Assembly: GCA_964016885.1 (NCBI GenBank)
Contig: OZ024743.1
Coordinates: 23,498,001-23,562,000 of the forward strand
DNA length: 64,000 nt
DNA from: Eledone cirrhosa
Lineage: Eukaryota
Direction of reading: 5' to 3'
Shown here: positions 25,300 through 37,590 of the stretch, one piece after another
How positions within the stretch are numbered: position 1 is the stretch's first letter
Layout: each line of letters begins with the position of its first letter
The notes under the pieces: model-generated
What the model was told of the DNA's origin: nothing
Database searches by the model: none
What the model saw: only the letters and a program-made list of their open reading frames with translations
Translations under genes and position numbers: made by a program

Positions 25300-28200
25300 A
25301 TATGTAAATACAAGGAGGGGTATCCATCTTACAGAGATAGTGCTCTTCTCAATACGTGTGCAGTACCAGTCAAAACAATTTTTTGCACCTCGTGCAGAGA
25401 CGGTAAACCAGGAATCATTCGCAAATACTGTTCTGTTCCTTTCTTGATCATTCCAAGTCCTCCCACAATCACTGGTATTGTAACGGCCTTGAGGCGCCAC
25501 ATTTTCTCAATTTCAATAACCAGATCTTTATATTTTCGTAGCTTGTCAAACTCTTTTGCCGCGATATTGTGATCACATGGGATGCTCATATCTATCATTA
25601 AACAAGCCTTGTTATGTTGATCTTTTACAATAATGTCAGGTCTATTTGTTTTTATGGTCCTGTCAGTATGTACAGGAAAGTCCCAGAGAATTGTTACTTT
25701 TTCTCCTTCAGTTACAGCCTCAGCGTGATGATTGTACCACTTCTCTTCAGCTTTGATTTTCTAATGCCGAGATATTACCCAGTGTAGATATTGGCCAACT
25801 CTGTCATGTCTATATTTGTATTCTACTTTAAATCCAGAGACTAAGTGATCCACTGTTTCAACCTCAGCATTGCAGAATCGGCACTTTGGGTTTATTCCGT
25901 TTCTCATCACATTGGCCTGGTAATTACGAGTCAATAAGCTTTGATCTTGGGCAGCTAAGATGAAGCCTTCACTCTCCGCCTTTAGCCCTGAACTACGTAG
26001 CCACTGATGGGTGTGCTTTTGGTCAACATCAGCTTGTTTGCTACGGGCCACATATTTGCCATGCAGAGGTTTCTGCTCCCACTTTGATGCTAATTGTCCT
26101 TGCCCTTTTGCTTTTGCCAGTGATTTTATGTGCCTAGCAGCATCAGTTGCAACGGTTTCTTTAGTCTGTCCAGCCTGGGTATCAAGCATGAGATCAGTAG
26201 CATATTTTTTGCTCTCCTTCAAGATAGAATGAAGCTTCTTACTTCTCTCATGCTTTTCAACAAGTTTCAGCATACAGTCGTTAGTTGTTTCAAGGTATTT
26301 GGCCAGTCCAATGATGGTGATCTTGTAAGCAAGTTCAAACGGGATCAAGCCACGGCCTCCTTGAGTTCTAGGAAGGTAAAGACGATCCACATCTGCTTTT
26401 GGGTGGTTCATCCTATTACAGGTCAGTAGCTTACGGACTTTGGTGTCGATTCTTTTGATTTCACTCATATTCCAGTTCAACACACTGAAGCTATAAGTGA
26501 CAACTGGGACTGCCAAGGAATTTATGGCTAGCACCTTATTACGAGCGTTTAGTTCTGATCTCAGAACTGCACGTACGGTCTTGTAACATTCTTTCCGTAT
26601 GCTCTCTTTCATACTTGCATGCTGAATGCCAGAGCCCTCATTAATCCCTAAGTATTTATAGGTTTGTTCCTGCTCAAGTTCCTTTATGATTATTTCAGCA
26701 TCCAATTCAACTGAGACTGAGTTGACAAGCTTCCCCTTCTTGAAAGTGGCTTTTGCACACTTGTCAAGTCCAAACTCCATCCTGATGTCATCACTAAATG
26801 TTTTTACTGTCCGCAAAAGGCCTTCCAGTTCGTCATTATCTTTGCAATATAGCTTCAAATCATCCATATAAAATAGGTGACTTATTTTTTTGTTGTCAAT
26901 TCTATAACCGTACCCTGTTCTATTAAGTTCGGATGTAAGGGGTATTAAAGCTATGCAGAAAAGCAAGGGTGAAAGTGAGTCACCCTGGAATATACCACAG
27001 TTCATCTTTATATTCCTAGAGCACAGTACCCCAGTGGAATGAGACAATTGGAAATTTGTGTTCCATAATGATATATTGTGTTTCAGGAAGTTTGAGATCA
27101 CAGGTGAGATTTTGTAGATGTCCAGTGATCTCAGAATCCATGAGTGTGGTATGCTGTCAAGGGCTTTTTTTTATAATCGATCCATGCAAAACTGAGATTT
27201 CTGTGTTTATTATGACAGTTCTCAAGGATCATACGATTAATCAAAAGTTGATCTTTGCCTCGTCGGCACCCTTTTTGTTCAATGGGGAAAAGATTGTTCT
27301 CCTCCAAAAACACGTATGCTTTTTCCATGAGAATAGAGGTTAATAGTTTATAAGTGGTGGACAAGCAGGTTATGGGCCAATAGTTTTTTGGATCTTTGGT
27401 TTCGTTGTTCTTTGGTAGAAGGTAGGTAATGCCACTTGCTATCCAATCAGGTGTATTTTTGGATCTTTCATAATTCCATTAAACAGCTTGACCAATATAT
27501 TGTGAGTGCACGGGAGTGAGGAAAGCCAGAAATTTGGCACCCTGTCTCTACCAGGAGATTTTCATTTATGAGATTTATTGAGTGCTGTCCTTAAGTCTGC
27601 TATATAGATGTCTTCCCACGCCTGTTCTTCTAAATTTGTGTAGGATGTTTCCAGGCGACTAACCCAATCTACATTAGCATTATATGTCTTCTCATCACTC
27701 CAAATCTTACTCCAGAAGTTTTCAACTTCTTTTATGGACGGGGGGGGGGGGGGGGGTGTCTTCAATCATTATTTTTTTCTTCCCTACTTCTCTATAAAAT
27801 AACTCGGCATTGGATGAGAACAACTTATTTTGCCTGTAGAAGTTGTTTCGCTTCTCGAATCTACGAATTCGTTGGGCTTTTACTTTAACTTTTTGTTTCA
27901 GAGATTATTTTGTTGAAACTATTGCTTCTCTAGAAGACAGTCCATATTTTCTCTTTAGCTTTCTTACCTTCTTGGCTCTATATACCATTTCCAGCGGTTA
28001 ACTCACTCAATAAATATATTTCTCCTCTCATTACGTCAACCTCCTTTTCGATTCTACTCCTCCAAACTGGTTTACCTCGAAGGTTCGACTTTTTTTGTTT
28101 TTTTTGGTGGTAAACAACTTGTTTCAATTACTCTAGCAGATGCATAAATGATTTCATTTAACTCAGCAAGATCAGGTTCTAGTTCTATGACTTCTTTTGT

Positions 28201-28965
28201 CACAGGATTACCAATCATTATTTGTTTTCTATTTTGGATTGTATTTGGGAGTTTTTGAAGTGGTTCTCTACCATTTATACTAGAATGTCTTACTACTGCA
28301 AGCTCATTCAGTATTTTTTGCTTTAATTCCTTCATAGTCTCCCTGTGTTCTTCAGCAGATGTTTGGTTTTCAATTACTGTTTCTAAGTCCCTCTCCTGGC
28401 TATTATGAGCGGGTTCAATAGGGCTTCTCATTTCTACAAATCTATTTGTGATTTGGTCAGATGGAGGTCTTTCAGTAAAGACTTCTGCCTGGTTACTATC
28501 TCCAGGAGATTCTTCAGTTCTTTCATCATTTATATTTATGTCATTCTCCACAGCCTGCTTGATCGCAGTTAGTTGAGTGTCTGTGAGTCTATTATTTCGG
28601 AAGATATACCTCCTTACTTTAGCCAACTTATTTCCATCCATATCACGTCTGCTAGCTTGATTCAGAGTTTTCCAGATTTTGTAGGAGTTTAAAGTGTGTC
28701 TGTCTGGTGATGGCTTACCTAATGCATAGTAATATGCATATATTACTTCTTTATACTCTTCTCGGGTCCATTTCATCCTTTTAGGTTTTAATTTTTGAGG
28801 TGGTTTGGGTGGTGGATCTGGAGGGCTCGAGTTGGGGCAATCCCCAATCAAGTGACCATCCAGGTCCATAATTGGAGAAGAGTTTGTGCCAGAGGAGGAC
28901 TTTTCGATCTCAGGTTGACACCTTCCTGGGGAAGGCGCTTCCTGATTAACCATAGGAAAAGCGAT
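25300..28965 (-). mobile_element. Near full-length R4/Dong-like (RLE) non-LTR retrotransposon, frameshifted
   Basis: N-terminal RMKWTREEYKEV. RT motifs EQKGCRR, AWIDYKK, GIFQGDSLSPLLF and LFYMDD. CCHC region CRFC..ETVDH. RLE motifs RHDRV, RPDI, IDMSIP and KLRKYKDL. Confidence 0.93.
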
Positions 28966-29044
28966 TTGCTATTGTGTATTAATTTTTATTTGTTCATCTC
29001 GCAGTACATGCTTGCGTTACGCATGGTATTGGACGTACATTATT

Positions 29045-30677
29045 GTCCAGATACTTGGCACCGCTCTCAAGGAATACGAAGCGGTGACAAGAGCAAAGAT
29101 AAACCAGGAAAAGTCGGTGGGCTTGCAGCTCGGCACCTGGAGAGGCAAGTCCATGCCGTCCGACAGCGTTGTGGGGCGTTGGACGGAGGACCGGTTAAAT
29201 TGCTCGGGGTCTGGTTCGGACCGCACTTCCAGATAGAGAAAAACTGGAACGCGATGACGAGCAGGGTGGCCTCCCTCACCCATAAATGGGCCGAGAGGAA
29301 GATGTCCCTGAAAGGCCGGGCGGAGGTGGCGAATGCGTACATCGCATCCGTCATCTGCTACCGCCTCACCGTCGTCCCTTGCTCCAGCCAAACTCTCACC
29401 AAAATGGAGCGCCTCCTCTTCCGCCTTTTGTGGAAGGGACGCGCTCCCATGGTCAGACGATCCATCTGCTGTCAACACCCGTTGCGTGGAGGACTGGGCA
29501 TGCCATGGCTGATAATGCGCAAACATGCGCTGAGGCTGCGACATCTCTGGTGCTTCCTTGATGGTGAACGGGTGTGGTCGCCGTTCGCCAGGCACGTTTT
29601 CCCACAGCTTGTCTCCTTGACGGAGCTGCAGTCCTGGGTCAGAAAAAGACCGAGGGATAGCGCTTGGAAACTGGAATGTCTCCAGGCGCTCACTGCCCTC
29701 TGCCAGCTGGGTACCAGTATCGGTGGAACATCCACCTCGGCGTTCTATAGAGGACTAGTGGAGGGGAAGAGCGACGACGTTCTCGGAGAGATCCTGGGCG
29801 TCGAAGAAGATCAGCTGTTTGCTCTCTTCCGCGGAACATTCAGCCCAGGGCCTATGGATAACTTCCAAAAATCCCTGGCCTGGCAGTGCTACCGGGGAGC
29901 GCTGCCGGTTCGAGATAAGCTCTACAGGCACGGAAGTGCCGTCAGCCGAGCCTGTCCGAGATGCGCGCAGAGCGACGAAACCGTCGTGCACGCACTCGTT
30001 CAGTGCCCGAGCATTGCTGACTTGTGGAGCTATGTCGAACAGTTGCTGTCGCGTGTAGGACTGATCCGGTTATCGACTGAGTCCATTGTGCAGATGGTCT
30101 CGCCGTCTTCCTTCGAGGAGGAAGGGCAGGCGGTTTTCATCTGCCTGGTGGCCATGGCGAAAGAGATTGTGTGGTGGACAAGGTTGAAAGGGTTAAAGAC
30201 AGACACTTTCTTCTTCGGCGAATCCCTAATTAACTTTTTCAAGTTTCACTTGAAGAGGAAAATCAGGGTGGAGAGGCAAGTGCTGCTTTCTAGCAAGTTT
30301 GTTGAAAGGTGGGTGAATGTAGCGAGAATGGTCCGAGTGAACGGGACCACTCTGAATATACGTCTGTAGTTTGAGAAATGGAAAAATTGAGAGAGGGCGC
30401 TTGTCCTGGTGGTCAGGGTGGCCGTAGTCTGTTGTGTGGTTTTCGCCACGAGTAACCCTCGGAGGTTTCCCCCTATTGGGGAATTTTTCATTGTTTCAAT
30501 TTTCATTTTTGTTTATATATATGTTTCTGTCTTTTTTTTCTTTTCTTTTATAAATAATAAAAATAGTTACACGCACAAAACCCACATCGTACCGTCCTGT
30601 ACCGTCCTGTGCCGTCTATAATGTTGTTCTTGATGTCAGCCCTTGTGGCCAATAAAGAAATCATTATTATTATTATT
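29045..30677 (+). mobile_element. L1/Tx1-like LINE copy C, 5'-truncated
   Basis: RT C-terminus (INQEKS, KLLGVWF, LSLKGR-like MSLKGR, GGLGMP) and zf-RVT CPRC..ETVVHALVQC. Ends aataaagaaatc-(att)n. Confidence 0.93.
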
Positions 30678-31097
30678 GTTCTTTGAGTCTCAGTCATTGA
30701 TGTTAGTTAACTGGAAAGTTTGTTGAAATGAATATCAAGCCACTACCTGCAGCCTCAGATATTCAGGACGTATCGGAGGGTTCTTGCTGTTCCCAGCTAG
30801 CATGCCTTTTGAAGCGTTCCAAAAAGCGTGGCGGGGCCAATTTTCTTTAACCATCCCTGGAAACTTTTTGAGATAGTACCTAGTGCGCCTATGACAATCG
30901 GGACCACTTTGACTTCATGGCAGTTCCAAATCCTTTTTACCTCCTACTTTAAGTCCTGGTATCGGTTAATTTTCTCCCTAACCTTCTCTTGCACTCTCGT
31001 GTCGAATGGGCAGGCCACATCCACAATCAGGCACGATCTTATTTCCTTGTCCAAAACCACCAGGTCAGGTCTATTGTGTTCCAGTTTCTTTTCCGTC
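30678..31097 (-). mobile_element. R4/Dong-like 3' fragment D (RLE domain and 3' UTR, (AAT)n tail)
   Basis: Near-identical to 34065-34480. NRPDLVV, IVDVACPFD and INRYQDL motifs. Confidence 0.9.
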
Positions 31098-31286
31098 TGG
31101 CAGTATCGGTAGAGGGTCGGACGCCATGCTTTCCAGCATAGTTATGTCCCTTTACGATCTGAGTTCAAATCCCGCCGAGGTTGACTTTGCCTTTCATCCT
31201 TACGGGGTCGATAAAATAAAGTACCAGTAATGCACTGGGTAATTGCTGGCCTTGTGCCTAAAGTAGAAACAATTATTATTATTATT
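31098..31286 (+). mobile_element. SINE family 1, slightly 5'-truncated, with (ATT)n tail
   Basis: Matches 986-1172. Confidence 0.9.
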
Positions 31287-31287
31287 G

Positions 31288-34063
31288 TTGGTGAAGCCAC
31301 GCTTCTTATCGCCTCCAGTTTTTTTCAACGTTTTACCTCGTTTTCAACCGTTCTAAACCTTTTATTCAAGTTTTAAATTTGATAAAAGTTTAGAAGAAGT
31401 GACCCACCGAATACAGGGGTTCACTCGTAAATAATACGGCACCCCTTTACGGGGTGTCGTATTCGTATTTGTGTAAAAATATATTTTGAAAAAATTTCAA
31501 CATGGATAACACAAGAAAGAGAGAGAGCGCTGTCACACTACACAGAGAGAGGGAGACTTTATCAGCATGTCAACAAGACAGCGTTCCAGCGGAGGTAAAT
31601 ATAAACGAAAATATTACAAAGGAAAAGAAGATTGTTACAGATTTAAAATTAACAAATATTTCTAACACAAACAACACCAACAATAACACCAACAACAACA
31701 CCAACAACAACACCATCAATAACAACAGCAACAACAAAAATAACAGCGGTAAAGTCGAGAACGACAATAACAAAAATAACAGCGGTAAGGTCGAGAACGA
31801 CAATAACAACAGCCACAACAACAATAATAGTAGGAACAGTATCAACAAAAACAACAATAATAACAACAGCCACAATAACAGTAACAACAGCAACAGTATC
31901 AACGAAAACAACAACAACACCAACAACTGTACCAACGAAAACAACAACAATGACATCGATACCTGTAATAGCGACCTCAGTAAGACCAGTAGCGGCAGCA
32001 ATAGTGGTGCTGCTGAAAAAGGGACCACTTCTTTTGCAGGTGTCGCCCGAAATATCGAGACAGTGTTAGTCACAGAGGAGGAGATGGCAGTCGCAAGGGC
32101 CATGGTGACAAGAAGCGCCAATAGAGTCTCCTTGAAACCTCCACCCGATTTTTTCAAGGACCAGCAGCTATGGACGGTGACTTACCGCACCGTAAGCAAA
32201 ATCTCACATCGGGTGGAGAGAGCCACGGAGGCTCAAATCCAAAAGGCCTTCGAGCGCGTCTGGGCACGCAAAACCCACATCACCCGAGGCAGAAAGTACG
32301 CCACAGTAGACGTACTTTTCGCCACCCCCCAGAAAGCAAAGTCTCACTCTTTGGTAACCCTAAAGAGTGAGGAGATAGTCTTGGTGCCCTCCTACTGCGG
32401 GCAGAAGATTGTGAGGGTCAAAGTGTCCCAGGTCCTACCCGACGTGCCCATACCTTGGCTGGCCGCGTCTGTCCTTGCTGGAATAGAGAACAGGACGACC
32501 ATGCTGCAAGTAGAAAAAATAGGGAGAGAGAACTGGTCAGGTATAGGCATGCAAATGCTTATACAAACTGACCAGGAATGTATCGACTCCAACTCCCTAT
32601 AAGTGTAGAAGGAAGACGGCCAAAATGTTATCTCTGTGGGTCGAAGGGTCACCTCAGGGCCTTTTTCCCGCAGAAGACAGCAAAGAATAAGGCCCCTCTC
32701 CTTCCAATACCTGGTCCGCTGCTACCAAGAGCAGGGCAAACAACAAACGAAGAAGCCCCTTCCACGGTGAGTAGGAGGGCAACGTCTGTAGCAACCGTAC
32801 CAAGGCCACGGACAACTAAAGCAGCATCATCAGTGGCGGCAACACCAATAGCTACATTTGAAGTAGCTACACCAGCAACAAAATTGTCGAAGAGGGCTCC
32901 ACTACCACCACCAACATCCGTGGAGCACATACCCCTCCCAGACGCCACAGAATCCAACATGGAGTTTGAGGCGGGAGTGAAGTGGCAAACGGTCTGCCAC
33001 AAAAAAAAACAAAAAAGAAAAACCCCTTAGATTCACCCTCCAAAAGCGAAGGCATACAAAGAGGGGTAAAGGCGGCAAGGAAACTTGCAGCAACACCACC
33101 ACCATCACCACCACAAGCACCACTGACAACAACAACCACACCACCACCAGCATCACCAAAAACACCAACAACGCAAACACAAGACACACATACCAAACAG
33201 CAACAAGAAGAAAACAGCAACAAAATCACCCCTCCCCCCAAAAAGTACACAGCCATAAACATGGCAAAAAAAGAACTCATACAATATATAAAGCAGCACA
33301 CAGACATCACAGAAAAAAACTACTACACCCCACTAACACCAAGAACTCTCCCGACAAACATAAGCATCATCGAAATCTCAATAGAACAGTACAAATCTTT
33401 AAAACAAAAATTCCCCAACGCAGTTGGAGACTTCAGAGGGTCGGTTACCAAGAGGATATACACTGACATCCTCTTGGAAACACCCATGACCAGCGAAAGG
33501 GATGGTTCTACTGTCCCTTCACCACACGATCAAGGTAAGTGACCCTTTCTCACTTGCCCCGTTTCTCATCCAACATGGCCGTACTCAGAATAGGCAGTAT
33601 AAATGCACGTGGCCTGGGGTCATCTTGGAAGCAGGGTCACCTGCTCAACGACCTCAGGTCACTAAACATAGATGTGGTGGCCATCAGTGAGACCAGAATC
33701 TCCGAAGCACAAGCCTTCGCACCGATCTTCGGCGGCTACGATGTATATGCATCTCCCAGCCGTCCAGGATCGGGGGGGGAGGAGTTGCCGTCCTTTTTCG
33801 GAGTGGCTTGGATCTCGCGATACGGGCCATCTTCCTAGACCTAGAAGGTAAGTCGGTGGTGCTGGACGTGACCGGCAGCGAAGGAAATGCTTTCAGGCTA
33901 GTAGCCGTCTACGCCCCAACAGGGGCAGGACGGCCAGATTTCTTCAGACGTCTAGAGACCTTTCTTGGAACATCCCGCTCTTTAGTGTTAGTGGGCGACT
34001 GGAACGGTATCTTGGATGCACGCTGGGATTGTGTGAGGCTACTGGATAGGGGAGGAGGGTGCA
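31288..34063 (+). mobile_element. L1/Tx1-like LINE copy E: 5' UTR, ORF1 (31502-33542, frameshifted) and start of ORF2 (APE domain from ATG 33575), 3'-deleted
   Basis: ORF1 is homologous to copy G, with an RRM-like region and zinc knuckle CYLCGSKGH. ORF2 has LRIGSINARGL, ISETR, VAVYAP and LVGDWN. Confidence 0.92.
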
Positions 34064-35335
34064 ATGAGTCTCAGTCATTGATGTTAGTTAACTGGAAAGT
34101 TTGTTGAAATGAATATCAAGCCACTACCTGCAACCTCAGATATTCAGGACGTATCGGAGGGTTCTTGCTGTTCCCAGAAAGCATGCCTTTTGAAGCGTTC
34201 CAAAAAGCGTGAAGGGGCCAATTTTCTTTAACCATCCCTGGAAACTTTTTGAGATAGTCACTAGTGCGCCTATGACAATCGGGATCACTTTGACTTCATG
34301 GCAGTTCCAAATCCTTTTTACCTCCCACTTTAAGTCCTGGTATCGGTTAATTTTCTCCCTCTCCTTCTCTTGCACTCTCGTGTCGAATGGGCAGGCCACA
34401 TCCACAATCAGGCACGATCTTTTTTCTTTGTCCACAACCACCAGGTCAGGTCTATTGTGTTCCAGTTTCTTGTCCGTCTGTATCCTAAAATCCCACAGCA
34501 CCTTCACCTGATCGTTTTCTATCACTGCCTCTGGCTTATGCTCATACCACTTCTCAGAATGTGGTAAATTGTTTACTTTGCATAGGTGCCAGTGGATCAC
34601 CCTGCCCATCACATCATGTCTCCAGCCCTTATAGTGAGTCTGGGCTAAGTGTTTACACTCGGATACAATGTGAGCCACAGTCTCCTCTCTCTCTCTCCAC
34701 AGATCCTGCACAGTGGGCTAGCCTCCTCCTTGTAAATATGGTGTTTCAACCACTTCGTTTTGAGGGCCTGCTCCTGCGCAGCCATTAACATTCCTTCTGT
34801 AGCCTTTTTAAGGTCTCCTCTTCTCAACCAGTTCCATGTCTGTGGATCTCTAAATTCAGTTTTCTCAAAGAAGGTACTATGAAGGGATTTTTCCTGAAGG
34901 CTGCTCTTTCTCCTTGATGTTATTTCCTCCTTGGACATCCCCTGGCCTATTGTCTCCTCCTTCAGTACAGTTCTGAGCATTGGCTCCTTACTATCAGTCA
35001 CGTATTTGTGTAGGTTGTTTTTCTCCATCTGAACACAGTCCTCTATGCTGATAAGACCTCTTCCACCTTCAGATCTCCTTAAGTAGAGTCTATCGACATC
35101 ACTCCTCTTGTGGAACATGTTGTAGATAGTCAATAGCTTCCTAGTCTTCCTATCCATTTCTTTTTGTTCAGCAACATTCCATCTCAGAATTCCCGCACTG
35201 TACCTAATAATAGACACAGCTCGGGAATTTACTGCACTTATGGCATTCCTACTGTTCAGATGTGACTTTAATACGCTCCTTACTCCCCGAATGTATTCAG
35301 TTCTTATCAATTCCTTCATTTTTTTGTTCTTGATG

Positions 35336-35337
<2 letters not shown>
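34064..35337 (-). mobile_element. R4/Dong-like 5'-truncated element F
   Basis: RLYLRRSEGGRGL, AAQEQAL, CRIC..ETVAHIVSEC, RHD, NRPD, DVACPFD and KINRYQDL. Its 5' end abuts an (ATT)n tract. Confidence 0.93.
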
Positions 35338-35374
<37 letters not shown>

Positions 35375-35578
35375 GGCGACCTACGTAGTAAATCGTATCA
35401 TCGTGTGCTCCGCAAAGGTTTGTTATTTCCGTTTGTTAAAAATTATCATTTATGGAAAATTTTATTAACTGTTTATAAGCGCACATACATTGTTTTCCGA
35501 AAAGGACACCCAAAAAGATTGGGGCCTTGTGCCCAAAATTTAAACTTTTATTATTATCAAAAAATTTCTTTGAAAAAA

Positions 35579-37556
35579 ATGGCTAATTCACCTCTGCACC
35601 AAGCAGCTGAAAGCCTTCCTCACAAATTAACACCTCACACCGACACCACCATTGTAAATGTTACTACGTTTGCCAACACAAAAAAAAAATATAAGCAGTA
35701 GCAATATTTTAAATTTGTCTCAGGCAGACATTCATTTCCCGCCATTACCAATGACTGCAGGTGTTAAAGCCTCCACCACCACCACCACCGCGACAACAGA
35801 AACAAAAGAAGAAAAAAATAAATTAACTCGTGATGTCGAAATGAAATCAAGCAAAATGGACTCTTCCCCACCAAAGACGACTGACGTCACCACCACCACA
35901 ACTGAAACTAAAATTAATATTAACACAAATAACGATAGCAACAACAACAACAATGACATTATAAAAACGACCCTCAGTTTTGCAATAGTAGCAAAACAGT
36001 TCGAAGCATTTACGGTAACTCAGGAGGATTTAGAAAATGCCAAACAAATGGTAAAGAAAGATGGGTACAGGGACAGCCTCCCCCCCCCCCCCCACACCTA
36101 ATGAAATGGAGCATCGGCGCCTATGCACCGTGTCGTATCGAACGATAAATGTAAAATCGCGCCGAGTGGAACGGGCATCCGAGTCCCAAATCCAAAAAGC
36201 TTTGGGACATGTGTGGGCAAGAAAAACCCACATCAGACGTGGGCAGAAGTATGGAACCGTGGACGTGTTCTTTGAAACACCAGAGGAGGCTAGAGAACAC
36301 TCCATGGCCCCATTAAGAAGTGACGACTTCACACTCGTCCCAAGCTATTGTGGCCAGAGACTCGTAAAGATCAGGGTGACCCACGTTCCACCGGCCATCG
36401 AAATTCCCTGGCTAATAGCGGCCGTCCTCGCCGGCATCGAAGCCAACACAAAAATAATAGCAATAGCAAAAGAAAAGCAGGAGAACTGGTCCGGATCTGG
36501 GATGGAGCTCCTGATCCAAGCGGACCAAAAAAGCATTGAGGATATCCCAGAGGTAATAGACCTCACTGACGGCAGCCACCTCACGGTAATTGTCGAGGGC
36601 AGAAGACCTAGGTGTGTCGTTTGTGGTGAAGGAACCCACCTAAGGGCTTTCTGCCCTCAGGCTAAAAGGTTGAGGCCACCTCTCCTACCCACCCCAGTGA
36701 CACAACCATCAACACCACCAGTAGCAGAGATGGCAGCAACAACTGTAGCAGCAACAACAGAAGCAACTATAACAGCAACAACCCCAGCAACAGTAGCAAA
36801 ACCAACACCACCACCACCACCACCAGCAAAACCAACACCACCACCACCCAACGCTTCAGAACTAGCACCAGCGCCTACACCATCCACCACGCCACAACCA
36901 AAACTAACGCCTGTGGAGGATTTTCCACTCCCCGGCCTATCACAACTGGAGACAGATTGTGACGACGAGGAGTGGGAAACGATATCCGGAAAAAAAAAAA
37001 GAAACCAAAAAAGAAAAAATTCTCTTCCTTCCCCTCCAAAAACAAAATACAGAGGGAAACAAATAAACTAAGAAACAAAAAAGTTAGGACAGATATGCCA
37101 CCATCCACACCAGCATCACCAACCCCATCAACCCAAACACCAACACCATCACCATCATTAACTCCAACACCACCATCACCTACACCACAAAAGTCACCAA
37201 AATGCGAAACAGAAACAAATCCACAACAAACGCAAACAAAACAAAACAACCAAAACGATACACACTACACAGCATTAAATTTGAACAACAAGCAATTATT
37301 ACACTACATCCAACACAACACCAGCATCACAGAAAAAGACTACACAACAACCCCAAAATTCACACCACCTCCACACATACAAATCACTCGCATCACACAG
37401 AAAACGTACATGACACTAAAACAAAAATTCCCCAAAGACATCGGAGACTTCCGACAAGCACTCTCCAGGAGGATTTATAAGGACATCCTTCCTGAGGAGG
37501 CCACAAGCAGTGAAAAGGATGGAAAAACCGTCCTTCCCCTACGAGAAGTAAGGTAA
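35579..37556 (+). pseudogene. Tx1-like ORF1 (RRM-like region, CCHC knuckle, P/T-rich linker, C-terminal domain), broken by frameshifts
   Basis: CVVCGEGTHLRAFC knuckle. Segments 35658-36101, 36061-37071 and 36972-37556 each align with ORF1 of copy E. Confidence 0.8.
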
Positions 37557-37590
37557 GTGGTCTTTCCCATCTTTTCCACTCCTTTTCAAC

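Noticed and set aside
28795-30369. 524-aa ORF as a novel gene
   Set aside because: It is a chance read-through from antisense R4/Dong sequence into a 5'-truncated Tx1 ORF2. The true RT frame joins only after about 29170.
32982-37071. Programmed -1 frameshift in Tx1 ORF1 before the C-terminal domain
   Set aside because: Both copies shift -1 in A-rich sequence, but alignment places the shifts at different sites (RK|NPL in E, PPK|..IQR in G). Independent homopolymer deletions or errors explain this better.
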